A stretch of 63,058 nt of DNA, filler included, from 9 parts of 9 records of this genome joined end to end with filler, not necessarily neighbours in it, one strand, 5' to 3'. Shown: positions 1 through 11,520, counted from the whole stretch's first letter. Numbers and translations are program-made. Notes: a model not told the origin generated them from the sequence alone.

Positions 1-260
1 TTTTTGTATCAAGACAAAAAATGAACATATTATTTGCTGAATTATATTTTATACACATGTGTTGCAGAGAATTTATAAAAATGCAGTTAAATTTTTTATC
101 TAAAGTATCTATAAAGTATTTTAATTACAATATACCCTAAATCAAATAGGGCAAAATCAAAGGCAAGATTAAAATTGTTAAAACTCAAGCAACAGCGATA
201 ACGCATAAAAAAGAAGCCAACTAAAAAGCCAGCTCCTTTATAATACTAAAATCTAAAATT

Positions 261-1424
261 CTATTCTTGCTCTTCCTCTTCAGCCATAGACTCAGCATCT
301 TGATAGAAAGTATTAAGCATAATTTCCTCTAAGCTATAGTATTCAGAAAATACACCAGAGTCATTTTCATCACCCTTCTTAATATCAAGTTCATCCCATT
401 TATCTTCACCAAAGAAGTTATTGTAATCATAAGGATATTGAGCTAAATGATCCTTAAAATCTTTAAGATCATTAACTTCAATAGATTCAACAGTCTGCAT
501 CTCAAGCGAATCTACATCAACGTCAATAAGGGTGCTAGCAAGCGAAGTAATTTCCTCTAAAGTTAAATCAGTCCTTATAAGATCACCTGTAATCAACGGA
601 CCAATAATAGCACTTACAGCCTTATCCACTCCCATGCTTTGAAGCTTTTTAGCAAGTGCCTTAACGTAAACTTGAGCATTAGATACACGACCAAGGTCAC
701 CACCAGAGTTGTGTCTATCTCTTACATAAAACATAGCCTTTTCGCCATCAAGGGTAACAGTTTGCCCCGTGCTACCAATACCAGGCATACCATTATTTAA
801 TGTAACTTCAACCCCACCAACTCTATCAGTAATCTCTCTAAGCCCAGTAAGCCCAAGCTCAACATAGTTATCAAGTGTTATATCAAATGTACCAAACGTA
901 TTCAAATATTCTTCAATACATCTCATACTATTAGCAAGCTGGAATTCATGCACATTTTCTGCACCCCCAGCACTATAAGCACTGTTCAACTTATCAAAAA
1001 ATTCATCATCCTGTTCTTGTCTTCTGTTATAATGATAAAGATGAGCAACAGTATCACGCGGTATAGATATCGCTTGTACATTGTTTGTATTAAAATCAAT
1101 GGCAAGTATAATCATAATATCTGTATTACCACCGTCACTACGATACTCTTTAACAGGAGTAGCATCTCTTCCAAGTATAGCAATTGTCAAAACTTTTTCT
1201 TTTTTAATATATGATTTTTGGTTTCTAACTAAATCAATTTTTATAAACTTTGATGCTTGTCTTTCTTCTGATTCAACTTCAGTTACCTCAATATCCTCTG
1301 CAAAGAAAACAGAAACCGGATCAGCCGCCGCTTGCTTTAACCTAAGACCCATAACGACTGTAACAACAATACCAGCTGTTAGCAATACAGAAACAACTAA
1401 AATTATTATTTTTTTTACTAGCAT
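261..1424 (-). CDS. LCP (LytR-CpsA-Psr) family cell-wall glycopolymer transferase
   Basis: N-terminal TM helix; motifs ILGRD, NTDIMII, SIPRDT, KLNSAY, YVRDR...DLGR. Confidence 0.9.
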   Translation of the reverse strand: MLVKKIIILVVSVLLTAGIVVTVVMGLRLKQAAADPVSVFFAEDIEVTEVESEERQASKFIKIDLVRNQKSYIKKEKVLTIAILGRDATPVKEYRSDGGNTDIMIILAIDFNTNNVQAISIPRDTVAHLYHYNRRQEQDDEFFDKLNSAYSAGGAENVHEFQLANSMRCIEEYLNTFGTFDITLDNYVELGLTGLREITDRVGGVEVTLNNGMPGIGSTGQTVTLDGEKAMFYVRDRHNSGGDLGRVSNAQVYVKALAKKLQSMGVDKAVSAIIGPLITGDLIRTDLTLEEITSLASTLIDVDVDSLEMQTVESIEVNDLKDFKDHLAQYPYDYNNFFGEDKWDELDIKKGDENDSGVFSEYYSLEEIMLNTFYQDAESMAEEEEQE

Positions 1425-1752
1425 AAATATATCCTTTCAAATTCAATTCGAATATGTCTAAATCGATAATAATCTTAAAAATAATATCATTTTTGATATA
1501 ATATTGCAATGCTATAGTACAACAAATAACATATGTTAATGGATTGTTTCAATTTTTACTAATCCTTATTAAAACAATAGCAGGAAATTCAATATCACTC
1601 TGCACTTTTCATCACGCATCATTGTCATACACATTATTTCCAATTCATTTTATACGCAAGCATATTTTGTTATATTTCACACCACATAAATTACTAACTT
1701 TTGGGCAAGCTAATATACGAAAAAAAACAATAACGAAAGGCGGATATAATAT

Positions 1753-1905
1753 ATGGCAATGGTGAATTGCGCAAATTGCGGAAAAATGGTTGATATAAGG
1801 TCATGCAAAAATTGCAATGCCTGCAACAGTTATATGTGCAACGATTGTTACAATAAGTCAAATAAATATTGCAACAATTGTCAAAGCGGATCAGGAATGT
1901 ATTAA
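1753..1905 (+). CDS. Unannotated 50-aa Cys-rich microprotein (putative zinc/metal-binding)
   Basis: Hand-translated MAMVNCANCGKMVDIRSCKNCNACNSYMCNDCYNKSNKYCNNCQSGSGMY; RBS-like GAAAGGCGG upstream; hairpin downstream. Confidence 0.75.
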   Translation: MAMVNCANCGKMVDIRSCKNCNACNSYMCNDCYNKSNKYCNNCQSGSGMY

Positions 1906-1913
1906 AAAATACA

Positions 1914-1970
1914 AATCCTTGGTTAAATAGTCTTTCTACTAATGAGAGCTTATTAATCAAGGATTTTTTC
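1914..1970 (+). terminator. Inverted repeat / intrinsic terminator
   Basis: AAATCCTTGGTTAA...TTAATCAAGGATTT followed by T-run. Confidence 0.6.
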
Positions 1971-2061
1971 ATTTTTATTGCATAAATAAACCATTCAATA
2001 CCTATTACTATAATACCAAATTGTTTTTCATAAATTCAAAATAATTTTTTCATAGATTTAA

Positions 2062-2091
2062 GCATATTGTCCTAAATCCAAATCATAAAAT
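2062..2091 (+). promoter_or_regulatory. Putative sporulation sigma-E type promoter
   Basis: GCATA-N17-CATAAAAT resembles ATA-N16-18-CATAcaaT and precedes a spore-coat gene. Confidence 0.5.
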
Positions 2092-2125
2092 ATAGTAGCA
2101 ATTATTCTAGGAGGATTAGCATATT

Positions 2126-3637
2126 ATGAAAACAACAAACACAACAGTAAAAATAGATAAGATATCACAAAGCATTAAATCACAAGCATTAATAGAAGGT
2201 AAACTAGCGCCGCCGCCAGAATACTCTGATCTAGCATCCATAATGTTTGTAAATGGAAAAATCAACGTAGAAAAAGCAGAGCCAGGCGATAGCAAAGTTA
2301 TTTTAGAGGGGAAATCCCTCCTTACAACAGTCTACATAGGAAACGATGATAAAATCTATTCTTTCGATTCTGAAACCGATTTTTCACACAGTATATTATC
2401 AGATGATGTGGACAAAAGCACAATTTGCAATGTTAAAGCAGCTTTAAAGGATATCGAATACAACCTTACAGAAACAAATAGTATAAGCGTAAAATGCGTT
2501 GTAGATATTGAATGCAAGATTTACAAATCAGTATCTAAAGATTATATTAAAGACGCGGTAGGCAATGATATCATGGTAAAACAGTATACTCAAAACACAT
2601 CTTTTCTATCAAAAAAAGCTTTCGATACTTTAAGCTACAATCAAGAAATGAGAATACCTCAAAATATGCCTAGAGCAAAACAACTTCTATATTCAAATTC
2701 GTTCATTAAACTTAACAACACAATTATCGACGGAAGCAAATGTGTATTAGAAGGCGACCTAAATGTATATATCATGTATCTAAGCTGCGATGATATTTCT
2801 CCAGTTCACTACATTTACGAAACATTGGATTTCGGTAAAATAGCATACATTGAGGGTTTAGACGAAGAAGACACCATTGATGTAATGTGCAAGATTAAAT
2901 CCCTTTCTCCTACACTAACCCAAGATGATAGTGATACGATAAATATCCAAGCAGAATTGTGTTTCGAAATATATGTATTTAAAAACAGCAAATCAGAAGT
3001 TGTATGTGATGCATACTCACTTTCTAAAGTTTTAAATATACAAAAACAAACACAAAGTTATAAACAGCTGTGTGCAAAAGGACATATGAAATCTATTGTA
3101 AGAACAAGTGTAGAAATAGACGAAAATATGCCGCCAGTCGCAAGAGTTCTATTCTTCAATGCAAAACCAATAATGACATCTGGCTATTGTGAGCAGGACA
3201 GAATATACATAGAAGGCATCATGCTATACAACGCATGCTATTCGTCTTCAGACGGATCAAAAAGCATAAAGGGCGAATTCCCTTTCACAACGCAAGTTCA
3301 AATAGAAGGCTTCCAAGATGATGTTACACCAGATATATGCATAGATGTCGATTATATTAACTTTGATGGCGCAGGAAGAAACATAGATTTAAAAATCACT
3401 CTATACATAGAAGCAAAAGGATATAAAACTAAAAAATTATGTGGAGTAGTGGATATAGAAGAAACTACAGAGGACGTCAAACAATTACAAGGAATGCATA
3501 TCTATTTTGCAAGCAAAAATGAAAGCTATTGGGACATAGCAAAAAAATACAACACCTCAGTTCAAAGGATAGAAAAATACAATTCAAAAGAAAGTGAAAT
3601 AATCGACATAACGAACAAAAAAATAATAGTTTTTTAA
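2126..3637 (+). CDS. sipL: SPOCS (DUF3794) repeat + C-terminal LysM spore coat morphogenetic protein (SipL-like)
   Basis: Three repeated units with KVILEG/KCVLEG/RIYIEG; C-terminal LysM-like YFASKNESYWDIAKKYNTSV; RBS AGGAGG. Confidence 0.75.
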   Translation: MKTTNTTVKIDKISQSIKSQALIEGKLAPPPEYSDLASIMFVNGKINVEKAEPGDSKVILEGKSLLTTVYIGNDDKIYSFDSETDFSHSILSDDVDKSTICNVKAALKDIEYNLTETNSISVKCVVDIECKIYKSVSKDYIKDAVGNDIMVKQYTQNTSFLSKKAFDTLSYNQEMRIPQNMPRAKQLLYSNSFIKLNNTIIDGSKCVLEGDLNVYIMYLSCDDISPVHYIYETLDFGKIAYIEGLDEEDTIDVMCKIKSLSPTLTQDDSDTINIQAELCFEIYVFKNSKSEVVCDAYSLSKVLNIQKQTQSYKQLCAKGHMKSIVRTSVEIDENMPPVARVLFFNAKPIMTSGYCEQDRIYIEGIMLYNACYSSSDGSKSIKGEFPFTTQVQIEGFQDDVTPDICIDVDYINFDGAGRNIDLKITLYIEAKGYKTKKLCGVVDIEETTEDVKQLQGMHIYFASKNESYWDIAKKYNTSVQRIEKYNSKESEIIDITNKKIIVF

Positions 3638-3689
3638 AAATATTTAAAACATAACTATCTACGAATATGTAAGGTCCTATAGAATCATA

Positions 3690-3719
3690 AAAAGCCGTAG
3701 TACTCCTGCGGTTTTTTAT
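3690..3719 (+). terminator. Intrinsic terminator
   Basis: AAAAAGCCGTAG...CTGCGGTTTTTT. Confidence 0.6.
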
Positions 3720-3733
3720 GTTAAAATAAATCC

Positions 3734-5641
3734 ATGAAAAAAAAATGCGAACTTCTATCCCCTGCTGGAAGCATGGATTCATTTTACCAAGCATTACACA
3801 ATGGTGCGGATGCTATATACATAGGTGCAAAAAGCTTTAGCGCAAGAGCATTTGCCGATAACTTTACATACGACGAAATAAAGAAGTGTTGCGATTATGC
3901 ACATATCTTCGATAAAAAAGTCTACCTTACAGCAAATACGCTTATTTTCCAAAGCGAAATAAACGATTTTCTAAATCATATAGATCAAGCTTGTAACGCT
4001 GGTATTGATGCGGTTATCATACAGGATGTCGGCATGGCAAACGTTATTAAAAAAACATTTAAGGGGTTACCAATACACGCAAGCACACAAATGCACAATC
4101 ATAATATAGGCTCATTAGAATATCTAAAAAATCAAGGATTCGACAGAGCAGTCTTTGCAAGAGAATGCGATATAAAGGAGATTTCAAAAAATTGCAGTAT
4201 CGAAAAAGAAGTTTTTATTCATGGTGCGCTTTGTATCTCTTATTCTGGACAATGCTTAATAAGCGCGCTAACAAAGCAACGAAGCGGAAATCGCGGACAA
4301 TGTGCACAGAGTTGCAGAATGAAGTATAGTCTTGTATGCCAAAAAAACAACAATCCTACTGTAAAAACACAAATTACAGATAAATACCTTTTAAGCCCAA
4401 AAGATCTGTCATTATTAACAGATATAAAACCTCTTTTAGATGCAAAAGTAACCAGCTTAAAAATCGAGGGCAGGATGAAATCTCCACAATATGTAGGCTT
4501 AGTCACTAAAATATATAGAAACATTTTGGATAACTATTATTCAAATAACACTATAAACGTAAATCCTGTTGATCTAGAAAACCTAAATAAGTTATTTAAC
4601 AGAGGATACACAAAAGGCTATATCTTTGGAGGATTTGGCGAAAGCATAATGAGTTATAAGCGTCCAAACAACAAAGGAATACCGATTGGTAAAACAACAA
4701 ATATAAATCGCAAAAAGATAATAATTAAACTATCAGGTCCTATCCATCAACATGACGGAATAAAGTTTGATAAGGCAGATAGAGGCTTCATATGTGAAAA
4801 AATATATGATAACAATGGTTTATATATTAGCTCAGCAAAAAAAGATGATACGATATCGTTAGATAACACAATAGGTCTAGAAAAATCAGACACCCTTTTA
4901 AAAACAAAAGATTATCTTTTGGAACAAGAGCTCAATCAATTACCTAGTCTAAAAAAAGAAATTGATATCAATGTAATAGTAAAATTGAATCGTCCTATTA
5001 AAGCTATATTTACATCAAACGGTAAATCCATATCAGTATCTACCCAGCAACCTCAGCTAGCAAAAAACAAACCTACAACAAAAAGCGACATAAAAAATCA
5101 GATGCAGAAATTAGGTGATACGCCTTTTGTCTGTGGCAATATAGTTATTGAATGTGACGAAAATATTTTTATACCAAAATCAATTATAAATGATCTAAGA
5201 AGAAAAGCGAGCTCTAAACTTATCAATTCATCAACATACAAAGAGGAAATAAAGAGAACAGACATTGTAGAAAAACATACGCAGGATTATACTATAAAAG
5301 AACAAACAATAGGTTATACGGCATTTGTAAAAAACCAAGACCAATTAAATGCTGCTTTGGAGTTTGACATTAAAAGAATCTATACAGATGATTTTTCACT
5401 CTACTCAAACCACAAAAAAAGTTGAGTAATTTATACTATAGTGTAAATCGAATAGATAATTCAAATTATGATTTTAAAGACGAAAATTTACTAATAGGCG
5501 ATACCTCAAGTCTTTTTAAGTATAAAGACAACAACAATATTGTATGTGATTACTCTCTAAACGCAACAAACATTCATACCTTAAACCAATTGTATTTGTC
5601 ATCAGCAAAATCAATATGCTTATCGCAAGATCTAAATAAAA
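3734..5641 (+). CDS. U32 family protein (RlhA-like RNA hydroxylation), frameshift at A7 tract 5414-5420, truncated by contig end
   Basis: ELLSPAGS, GADAIYIG, HASTQ, HGALCISYSGQC, NRGQCAQSCR, LKIEGRMK; coding continues in the -1 frame at 5422. Confidence 0.88.
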
Positions 5642-5741
5642 NNNNNNNNNNNNNNNNNNNNNNNNNNNNNNNNNNNNNNNNNNNNTTAATTAATTAANNN
5701 NNNNNNNNNNNNNNNNNNNNNNNNNNNNNNNNNNNNNNNNN
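5642..5741. other. Artificial contig linker
   Basis: N-run + TTAATTAATTAA (stops in all six frames) + N-run. Confidence 0.98.
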
Positions 5742-7277
5742 CAGGTCTTTTAGCATAAATCTTCTTAATTTCCCTAACTTAGTTTTAGGAAGCTCTTGCT
5801 TAACAATTTTGAAGTTCAGTATCTTTTTATATGGTGATGTTTTACTGTTATATTTATCAATGATATCCCACTTTACAGTTTCTTTGATATTTTGAATACC
5901 TTGTGATTCAATGTTGGCAAAGTTAGGATAGATCACGGCATTTAGATGATTATTATAATCCACAACACCTAACTCTTGGATTAAACCTTTTGATACAGCC
6001 ATAATCTCCTGTTCAATAGAGGAAGGATTGATATTTTTACCATTTGATAAAACTATCATCTCTTTTTTTCTACCTGTTATTCTAATATAGTTATCTTCAG
6101 CGTCAAATGTTGCTAAATCCCCTGTTTTGAACCATCCATCAGCATCAAGTACTTCTTTAGTTTTCTCTGGTTTATTGAAGTAACCTTTCATTACATTTCT
6201 ACCTCTAACCCATAACTCTCCATCTTCAGCGATTTTGGTTTCTAAGCCATCAATTGGGTCTCCAGCTGAACCTGGTTTGATGTTATTAGGTTTTGTAAAT
6301 GTAATAATTGGCGACGTCTCAGATAATCCGTAACCTTCAAGTACCTTAAATCCAAATGTATTAAGGTCTCTTGATACTTGCTCATCAAGTTTAGCTCCTC
6401 CAGAAACGAAATACTTAACATGTCCTCCAAATCCTTCTTGAACTTTTTTAAATATTTTTCTTCTCAACTCAATACTATCAATTTTTTGTGCTATTTTATA
6501 GATAGTTCTCGTAAGTTTTCCAGCATTGATTTTTGCCATAATTCCTTTGTGGAATATTTCATATAATCTAGGAACACCAATTAGCATTGTTATTTTATGT
6601 TTTACAAATGCTTCCCTTATTTTATCAGATGATAACTCTTTTAGGAAAATTATAGTTGCTCCAAAATAGAAAGGTATAATTGCAGATCCCATTAATGGAA
6701 GTATATGGTGTAAAGGAAGCAGAGTTAAGAATCTATCTTCATACTCATAAATGTTATATTTAGTTAACGCTTCTATCATATATTCCATATTGTCAAGTGT
6801 TAACATAACCCCTTTTGGATCTCCAGTAGTACCTGAAGTATAAAGTAATAATACACAATCATCGGCAGTTTGCGCAAAATTAAGCTCTTTTGCTTCAAAT
6901 TGTTGATGATCTTTATCTATCTCTTCAAAAACTATCACTTGAATAGAAACACCTGATTTTTCAATTGCTTCCTGAACTTTTTCTCTTGCTTCTTCAGCTG
7001 TAAATATATATTTAGGAGCACAGTCTTTTAGGACATACGTCAGCTCATCTACGCTATTTGCATAATCAATTGGGCCTGCTATCCCTTTAGAAGAGATTGT
7101 TGCAAATACTGAGTAAACTAGCTCAGGTCTATTCGGTGAGAATATAGATACTCTGTCTCCTTCTTCAATATTGATTAATGATTTATACATATTTATTTTC
7201 ATCAAAAGTTCGTCATATGAAATCTCTTTATTATCATAGTGAATCGCCGTCTTTTGATGATTTTTGATAAATATCAT
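5742..7277 (-). CDS. Long-chain acyl-CoA synthetase / AMP-binding protein (3' truncated)
   Basis: YTSGTTGDPKG, EGYGLSET, GWFKTGD, GRKKE; RBS AAGGAG before ATG 7277. Confidence 0.9.
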
Positions 7278-7589
7278 AATTTTCTCCTTTACAATCAAAC
7301 TATATCAATGTCATAAATCTACATATAATAATCTGATGTCATTTTTTATACTAAACCGCTACTAGTTTATCACATTTATTTAGGCAATACAAGGCTTTGG
7401 TCAAATAACAGTCCATATTTATTATATTACAGAATTTGCAAAAAAAACATCTATATTTTTATTTAATTTACTTTTCTGATAATCAATAAGAAGTTAATTT
7501 ATATAAACTAATAAAGATATGTAAATGGAAAATATGAAATAAAAAAGAGGACAGATTACCATCCTCTTTAAATATAGCTTCATATTTGA

Positions 7590-8036
7590 CTAGTTTATTG
7601 CAGCATATGCTCCTGTATAAACTGCACAAATTTCATTTTCCGATTTTATCTCCACATCAATCTCTATTTTCGCTTTACCCTTTTTTAGATAATTTTTTTT
7701 AAATTTCTCAAATTTATTCAAATCACATTTTATCTCTGCTATAAAATCTTTTTTTATTGGTTTTATATATCTGATATTACTTTTATAAACAACTATGTCA
7801 GGAGTTTTGGCGATAACATCCATGTGTTTCTTTGCAGCTATCCAGCCTCCAATAGTCGCAAGGGCACTTATACTTCCACCAAATGCAGTTGATTTATCAT
7901 TTATATTCGCTTCTATCTCTGCTTTTATCACTATCTTATCTAGTTCAAAACTATCAATCGTAATTCCCATCTTTTCTGTAATTGGTATATTTTTATGTAC
8001 AAGTTCTTGAAACTCTATTTTTGTCACTGCTATCAC
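7590..8036 (-). CDS. YiiD C-terminal-like hotdog-fold thioesterase
   Basis: IPITEKMGI, ANINDKSTAFGGSI. Confidence 0.82.
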   Translation of the reverse strand: MIAVTKIEFQELVHKNIPITEKMGITIDSFELDKIVIKAEIEANINDKSTAFGGSISALATIGGWIAAKKHMDVIAKTPDIVVYKSNIRYIKPIKKDFIAEIKCDLNKFEKFKKNYLKKGKAKIEIDVEIKSENEICAVYTGAYAAIN

Positions 8037-8042
8037 CTCTAA

Positions 8043-8762
8043 TTATTTAATAAAGAAAAATATTTTTGAAATAGTATTTTGTACAATGGGAATGTAATAA
8101 AGCCCTGGAATAATTAATGCTGGAAGTAAATTTAAACTTTTAATTTTAGTAATTTTAAGTATATTCATTCCAGTTGCTAATATTAAAATACCCCCTATTA
8201 GCGATATCTCATTTAACAATTCAGGTGTCAAAAATCCAGCTAATAGTCCTGCTGACATATATATACTACCTTGCCAGATAAATAGAATAAAAGCTGATAT
8301 TATTATTCCAATACCAAAGTTCGAAGCTAATACCATTGATGTAAAACCATCTAAAACTGCATTAGTTAAAATCAAAGTATGATTCCCCTTTAGTGCACTC
8401 TCAAGAGGCCCTAGAATTGACATCGTCCCTACACAGAATAAAAGTACTGCAGTTACTAAACCCTCTATAAAATTATTTTCTTCATCACCTGTCGAAAACT
8501 TTTTATTTAATTTATTTACCTTTGAATCAAGGTCAATAAATTCTCCTAATAAACTTCCAAAAATTAAGCTAAATACAAATAACAGCGGAGAGTTACTAGT
8601 CTTCATTCCACTAACCATCCACGTGGCACCTAATGAAAAAGCTATAAGTCCAATTGCTGTCATTACATTTTTCTGATACCTTTCACTTATTCCCTTTTTT
8701 AAAAGTGAACCTACTGAACTACCAACTATTATAGTTGTTACATTTACTAATGTCCCTACCAT
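8043..8762 (-). CDS. DUF554 family membrane protein
   Basis: GTLVNVTTIIVGS, LLFCVGTMSILG, VLDGFTS motifs; multi-TM; RBS GGAGG before ATG 8762. Confidence 0.88.
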   Translation of the reverse strand: MVGTLVNVTTIIVGSSVGSLLKKGISERYQKNVMTAIGLIAFSLGATWMVSGMKTSNSPLLFVFSLIFGSLLGEFIDLDSKVNKLNKKFSTGDEENNFIEGLVTAVLLFCVGTMSILGPLESALKGNHTLILTNAVLDGFTSMVLASNFGIGIIISAFILFIWQGSIYMSAGLLAGFLTPELLNEISLIGGILILATGMNILKITKIKSLNLLPALIIPGLYYIPIVQNTISKIFFFIK

Positions 8763-8831
8763 TTTACCATCCTCCATAAACTATAAAATACTCACTCATA
8801 TTTTCTATTTAACTATACGCTGAATAGACCT

Positions 8832-8862
8832 ATTATATCCCTTCCAGTTACTGGAAGGTAAA
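8832..8862 (-). promoter_or_regulatory. MerR-type promoter with operator palindrome
   Basis: -35 TTTACC, 19-nt spacer, -10 TATAAT; perfect 9-1-9 palindrome CCTTCCAGT-T-ACTGGAAGG (8840-8858) over the spacer. Confidence 0.85.
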
Positions 8863-8865
8863 GTT

Positions 8866-9699
8866 TTATTTTACAGGAATTTGAATTTCTGTCAAATATT
8901 CCTCTAAATCACTGGTTAATGCAAAGTCAATCAAAGTTCTCTCAAAAGAAGCCCCGCAAATCTCATAGTTTTTTTCTTTAATATAATTTAAAAGTTTTTT
9001 ATAATATGTAAGTGATGTTGAGTGTGAACCGTTAAAATTTATAGCAACATATTTCCCAGCTGGAAATGTTTCCAGGTTGGCTTTTAAAATCTCATTATTA
9101 TTATCTGGAATCAGAAAAATCTTATCATATTGATTGTATTCACCGCTCAATAATCTCTCTTCACTTACTGCTACTCCGACTTTTCCTATAAAAATAGTAG
9201 AGTTCTTGTTATAACTATTCTCTAATTCCCTAATCGATAGCTCTAATTCTCCTACATCTTTCATGCCTACTTCTTTTTTTAATGTATATACCTTCCTTTC
9301 AGGATATAACTTCTCAGTGATGATATCCAAAGGATAATTATTTTTTACATCATTTATATAGTTCACACGTTTTTCTATGTTAGTTTTTATTTTCTCCAAC
9401 TCAGCGATTTTTTGTTCAATATTGCTTTGCTGTTCCTTAAACAGAGTCAAAATATAATCAATATTTCGCTGTTTAACATGTGTTTTTATTGTTTTTAATG
9501 ACATTCCCAGTGCTTTTAGATAGTTAATGGTGTTTAACTGTTCAAACTGGTCTGTTGAATAATATCTATAACCTGTTTCTTCATTTATCTCTAAAGGTTT
9601 AAAGAGGTCTATCTCATCATAATATCTCAAAGTTTTAGCAGACATATTAAAAAGTTTCGCAATTTCTCCAATTAAAAATCTATCTTTCATTATCATCAT
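8866..9699 (-). CDS. MerR family regulator with GyrI-like ligand-binding domain (BmrR/BltR type)
   Basis: IGEIAKLFNMSAKTLRYYDEIDLFKP...GYRYYS; C-terminal TEIQIPV. Confidence 0.92.
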   Translation of the reverse strand: MMIMKDRFLIGEIAKLFNMSAKTLRYYDEIDLFKPLEINEETGYRYYSTDQFEQLNTINYLKALGMSLKTIKTHVKQRNIDYILTLFKEQQSNIEQKIAELEKIKTNIEKRVNYINDVKNNYPLDIITEKLYPERKVYTLKKEVGMKDVGELELSIRELENSYNKNSTIFIGKVGVAVSEERLLSGEYNQYDKIFLIPDNNNEILKANLETFPAGKYVAINFNGSHSTSLTYYKKLLNYIKEKNYEICGASFERTLIDFALTSDLEEYLTEIQIPVK

Positions 9700-9764
9700 C
9701 CTTTAATTATTATAATACAATTATAATTAGCTCTTCGTAATTAAGCAAGATTTATTTATTTAAC

Positions 9765-9812
9765 TTGACAAATACATTTTTACAAGTATAATATAGTTGC
9801 ATTTACAACTAT
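9765..9812 (+). promoter_or_regulatory. Sigma70 promoter with MarR-type operator
   Basis: TTGACA-N16-TATAAT followed by palindrome ATAGTTG-N6-CAACTAT (9793-9812). Confidence 0.7.
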
Positions 9813-9829
9813 TTAAAGGTGGACTATAT

Positions 9830-10290
9830 ATGAAAAATATTCAATTTTTAGCTTATCTAAAACATTTTCCACAAGTTATTAAAAATATATTTAGAACAGT
9901 AGATACTTCAGATTTAAATCTAAATATTAACAAAAGTCAGGAATCTATACTGGTTGAACTTATGGATAATCCTGATAAAACCATGTGTGAACTAAAAAAA
10001 GTAATCGGACTGGAAAAAGTTCTTTTACCAGATCAATCGAAAAATTAGAAAAATTAGCTTATGTAGTCAAACTGGAACATCCAAGTGACAAGAGAAAAGT
10101 ACGAATTAGATTAACAGATGATGGACAAAAGGCTGCAAAAGCTTTAGATGTAGTTATAGATGGTCATCTCGATAACATTTTAGAACTTTTCTCAAAAGAG
10201 GAACAAAAAGAATTATTCAGTGCACTAAATACTGTTGCTGAATTTTCAAAAAAATTAGATAAAAATATTAAGAGTTTAAAGAAAAATTAG
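9830..10290 (+). CDS. MarR family regulator (frameshift at an A-run near 10014-10018)
   Basis: Adding one A joins MKNIQF...GLEK to SSFTRSIEKLEKLAYV...DKRKVRIRLTDDG (MarR wing motif), stop at 10290. Confidence 0.82.
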
Positions 10291-10299
10291 GAGGTTTTA

Positions 10300-11511
10300 A
10301 TGCAAAATGCTACAGTTAGTATCCAGGATACTAAACAGAAATATTTAAAAGAAAATGGGTTGATAGTCCTAATCTGTTTACTTACAGCGGCTATACCATT
10401 ATCAATAGATATCTATTTACCAGCTATGCCAACAATGGGGAAAGCATTAAATGATACAAATGGACTAATCCACTTAACATTAGAGGGATTTTTTATGTCA
10501 TTTGGTATTTTCACATTACTAATGGGGCCAATCAGTGATAAATTTGGGAGAAAACCAATTTTGATTATAGGTTTAATAAGTTATATTATAGGTAGTTTAC
10601 TTTGTGCTTTTGCTCCAAATGTTGAGTTGTTAATTCTCTTTAGAGTGATTCAATCTATTGGTTGCGGGGCTATTGTTGCAATTACAGGTGCTATTGTAAA
10701 GGATGCCTTTGATGGTGAAAAAAGAAAAAACGTTATGGCAATTGTCCAAAGTTGTGCTATGGTTGCACCTCTTGTTGCTCCAGTCATTGGTGCGTTTTTA
10801 CTTGGATTTACATCTTGGAGAGGAATATTTATCTTCCTAACAGTTATAGGAATCTTAGCATTAATATTAACACTTTTTTATGAGGAAACACTTGAGGAGA
10901 AAAGTGAAGAAAGTTCTATAAAAGTTTTTAGTAGACTGATTCATGTATTGAGAAATCCAAATATTTCTCTATTAATGGTTGTTTTCTTACTTGCACAAAT
11001 TGGAACTATGGCTTATGTATCAAAAGCAGCTTATATCTATATTGAGAATTTTAAATTATCTGAAAAAGCATTTAGTGGATTTTTCTCTGGAAATGCTATC
11101 TTCTCAATAATTGGACCATTAATCTTAATTAAAATCTCTAAATCTATCAAAACGGATAAACTGGTTAAATTTTCGCTTTTAGTATTAACTTTAACTGGTG
11201 TACTTGTTATCAATTTTGGGATGATTAATCCTCTTGTATTTGCATTAACTGTTATTCCTTTTACTTTCTTTGCTGGAATGATTAGACCTCTTGGAGCTAA
11301 CTTAATGTTTGATCAAGAAAAAAATGATGCAGGTTCTGTCTCATCTCTATTTAACTTTTTCGGAGTTATAGCTGGAACTATTGGAATGAGATTAATGTCA
11401 GTTAACTTATTTGGTATAGGTAATATTAAAATGCTTGGCTCAATCTACATCATAACTTCTATTATCAGTTTAGGAGTTTGGTTTATGATTAATAAAAGAA
11501 TTTGTAAATAA
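10300..11511 (+). CDS. Bcr/CflA family multidrug MFS transporter
   Basis: IDIYLPAMP, GPISDKFGRKP, APVIGA, SWRGIF. Confidence 0.9.
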   Translation: MQNATVSIQDTKQKYLKENGLIVLICLLTAAIPLSIDIYLPAMPTMGKALNDTNGLIHLTLEGFFMSFGIFTLLMGPISDKFGRKPILIIGLISYIIGSLLCAFAPNVELLILFRVIQSIGCGAIVAITGAIVKDAFDGEKRKNVMAIVQSCAMVAPLVAPVIGAFLLGFTSWRGIFIFLTVIGILALILTLFYEETLEEKSEESSIKVFSRLIHVLRNPNISLLMVVFLLAQIGTMAYVSKAAYIYIENFKLSEKAFSGFFSGNAIFSIIGPLILIKISKSIKTDKLVKFSLLVLTLTGVLVINFGMINPLVFALTVIPFTFFAGMIRPLGANLMFDQEKNDAGSVSSLFNFFGVIAGTIGMRLMSVNLFGIGNIKMLGSIYIITSIISLGVWFMINKRICK

Positions 11512-11520
11512 ATTGATTAT

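Noticed and set aside
1544-1972. Track ORFs 1544-1765 (+) and 1694-1972 (-)
   Set aside because: Shadow frames of the real 1753-1905 microprotein; the cysteines in the minus ORF come from the self-complementary TGCA pattern.
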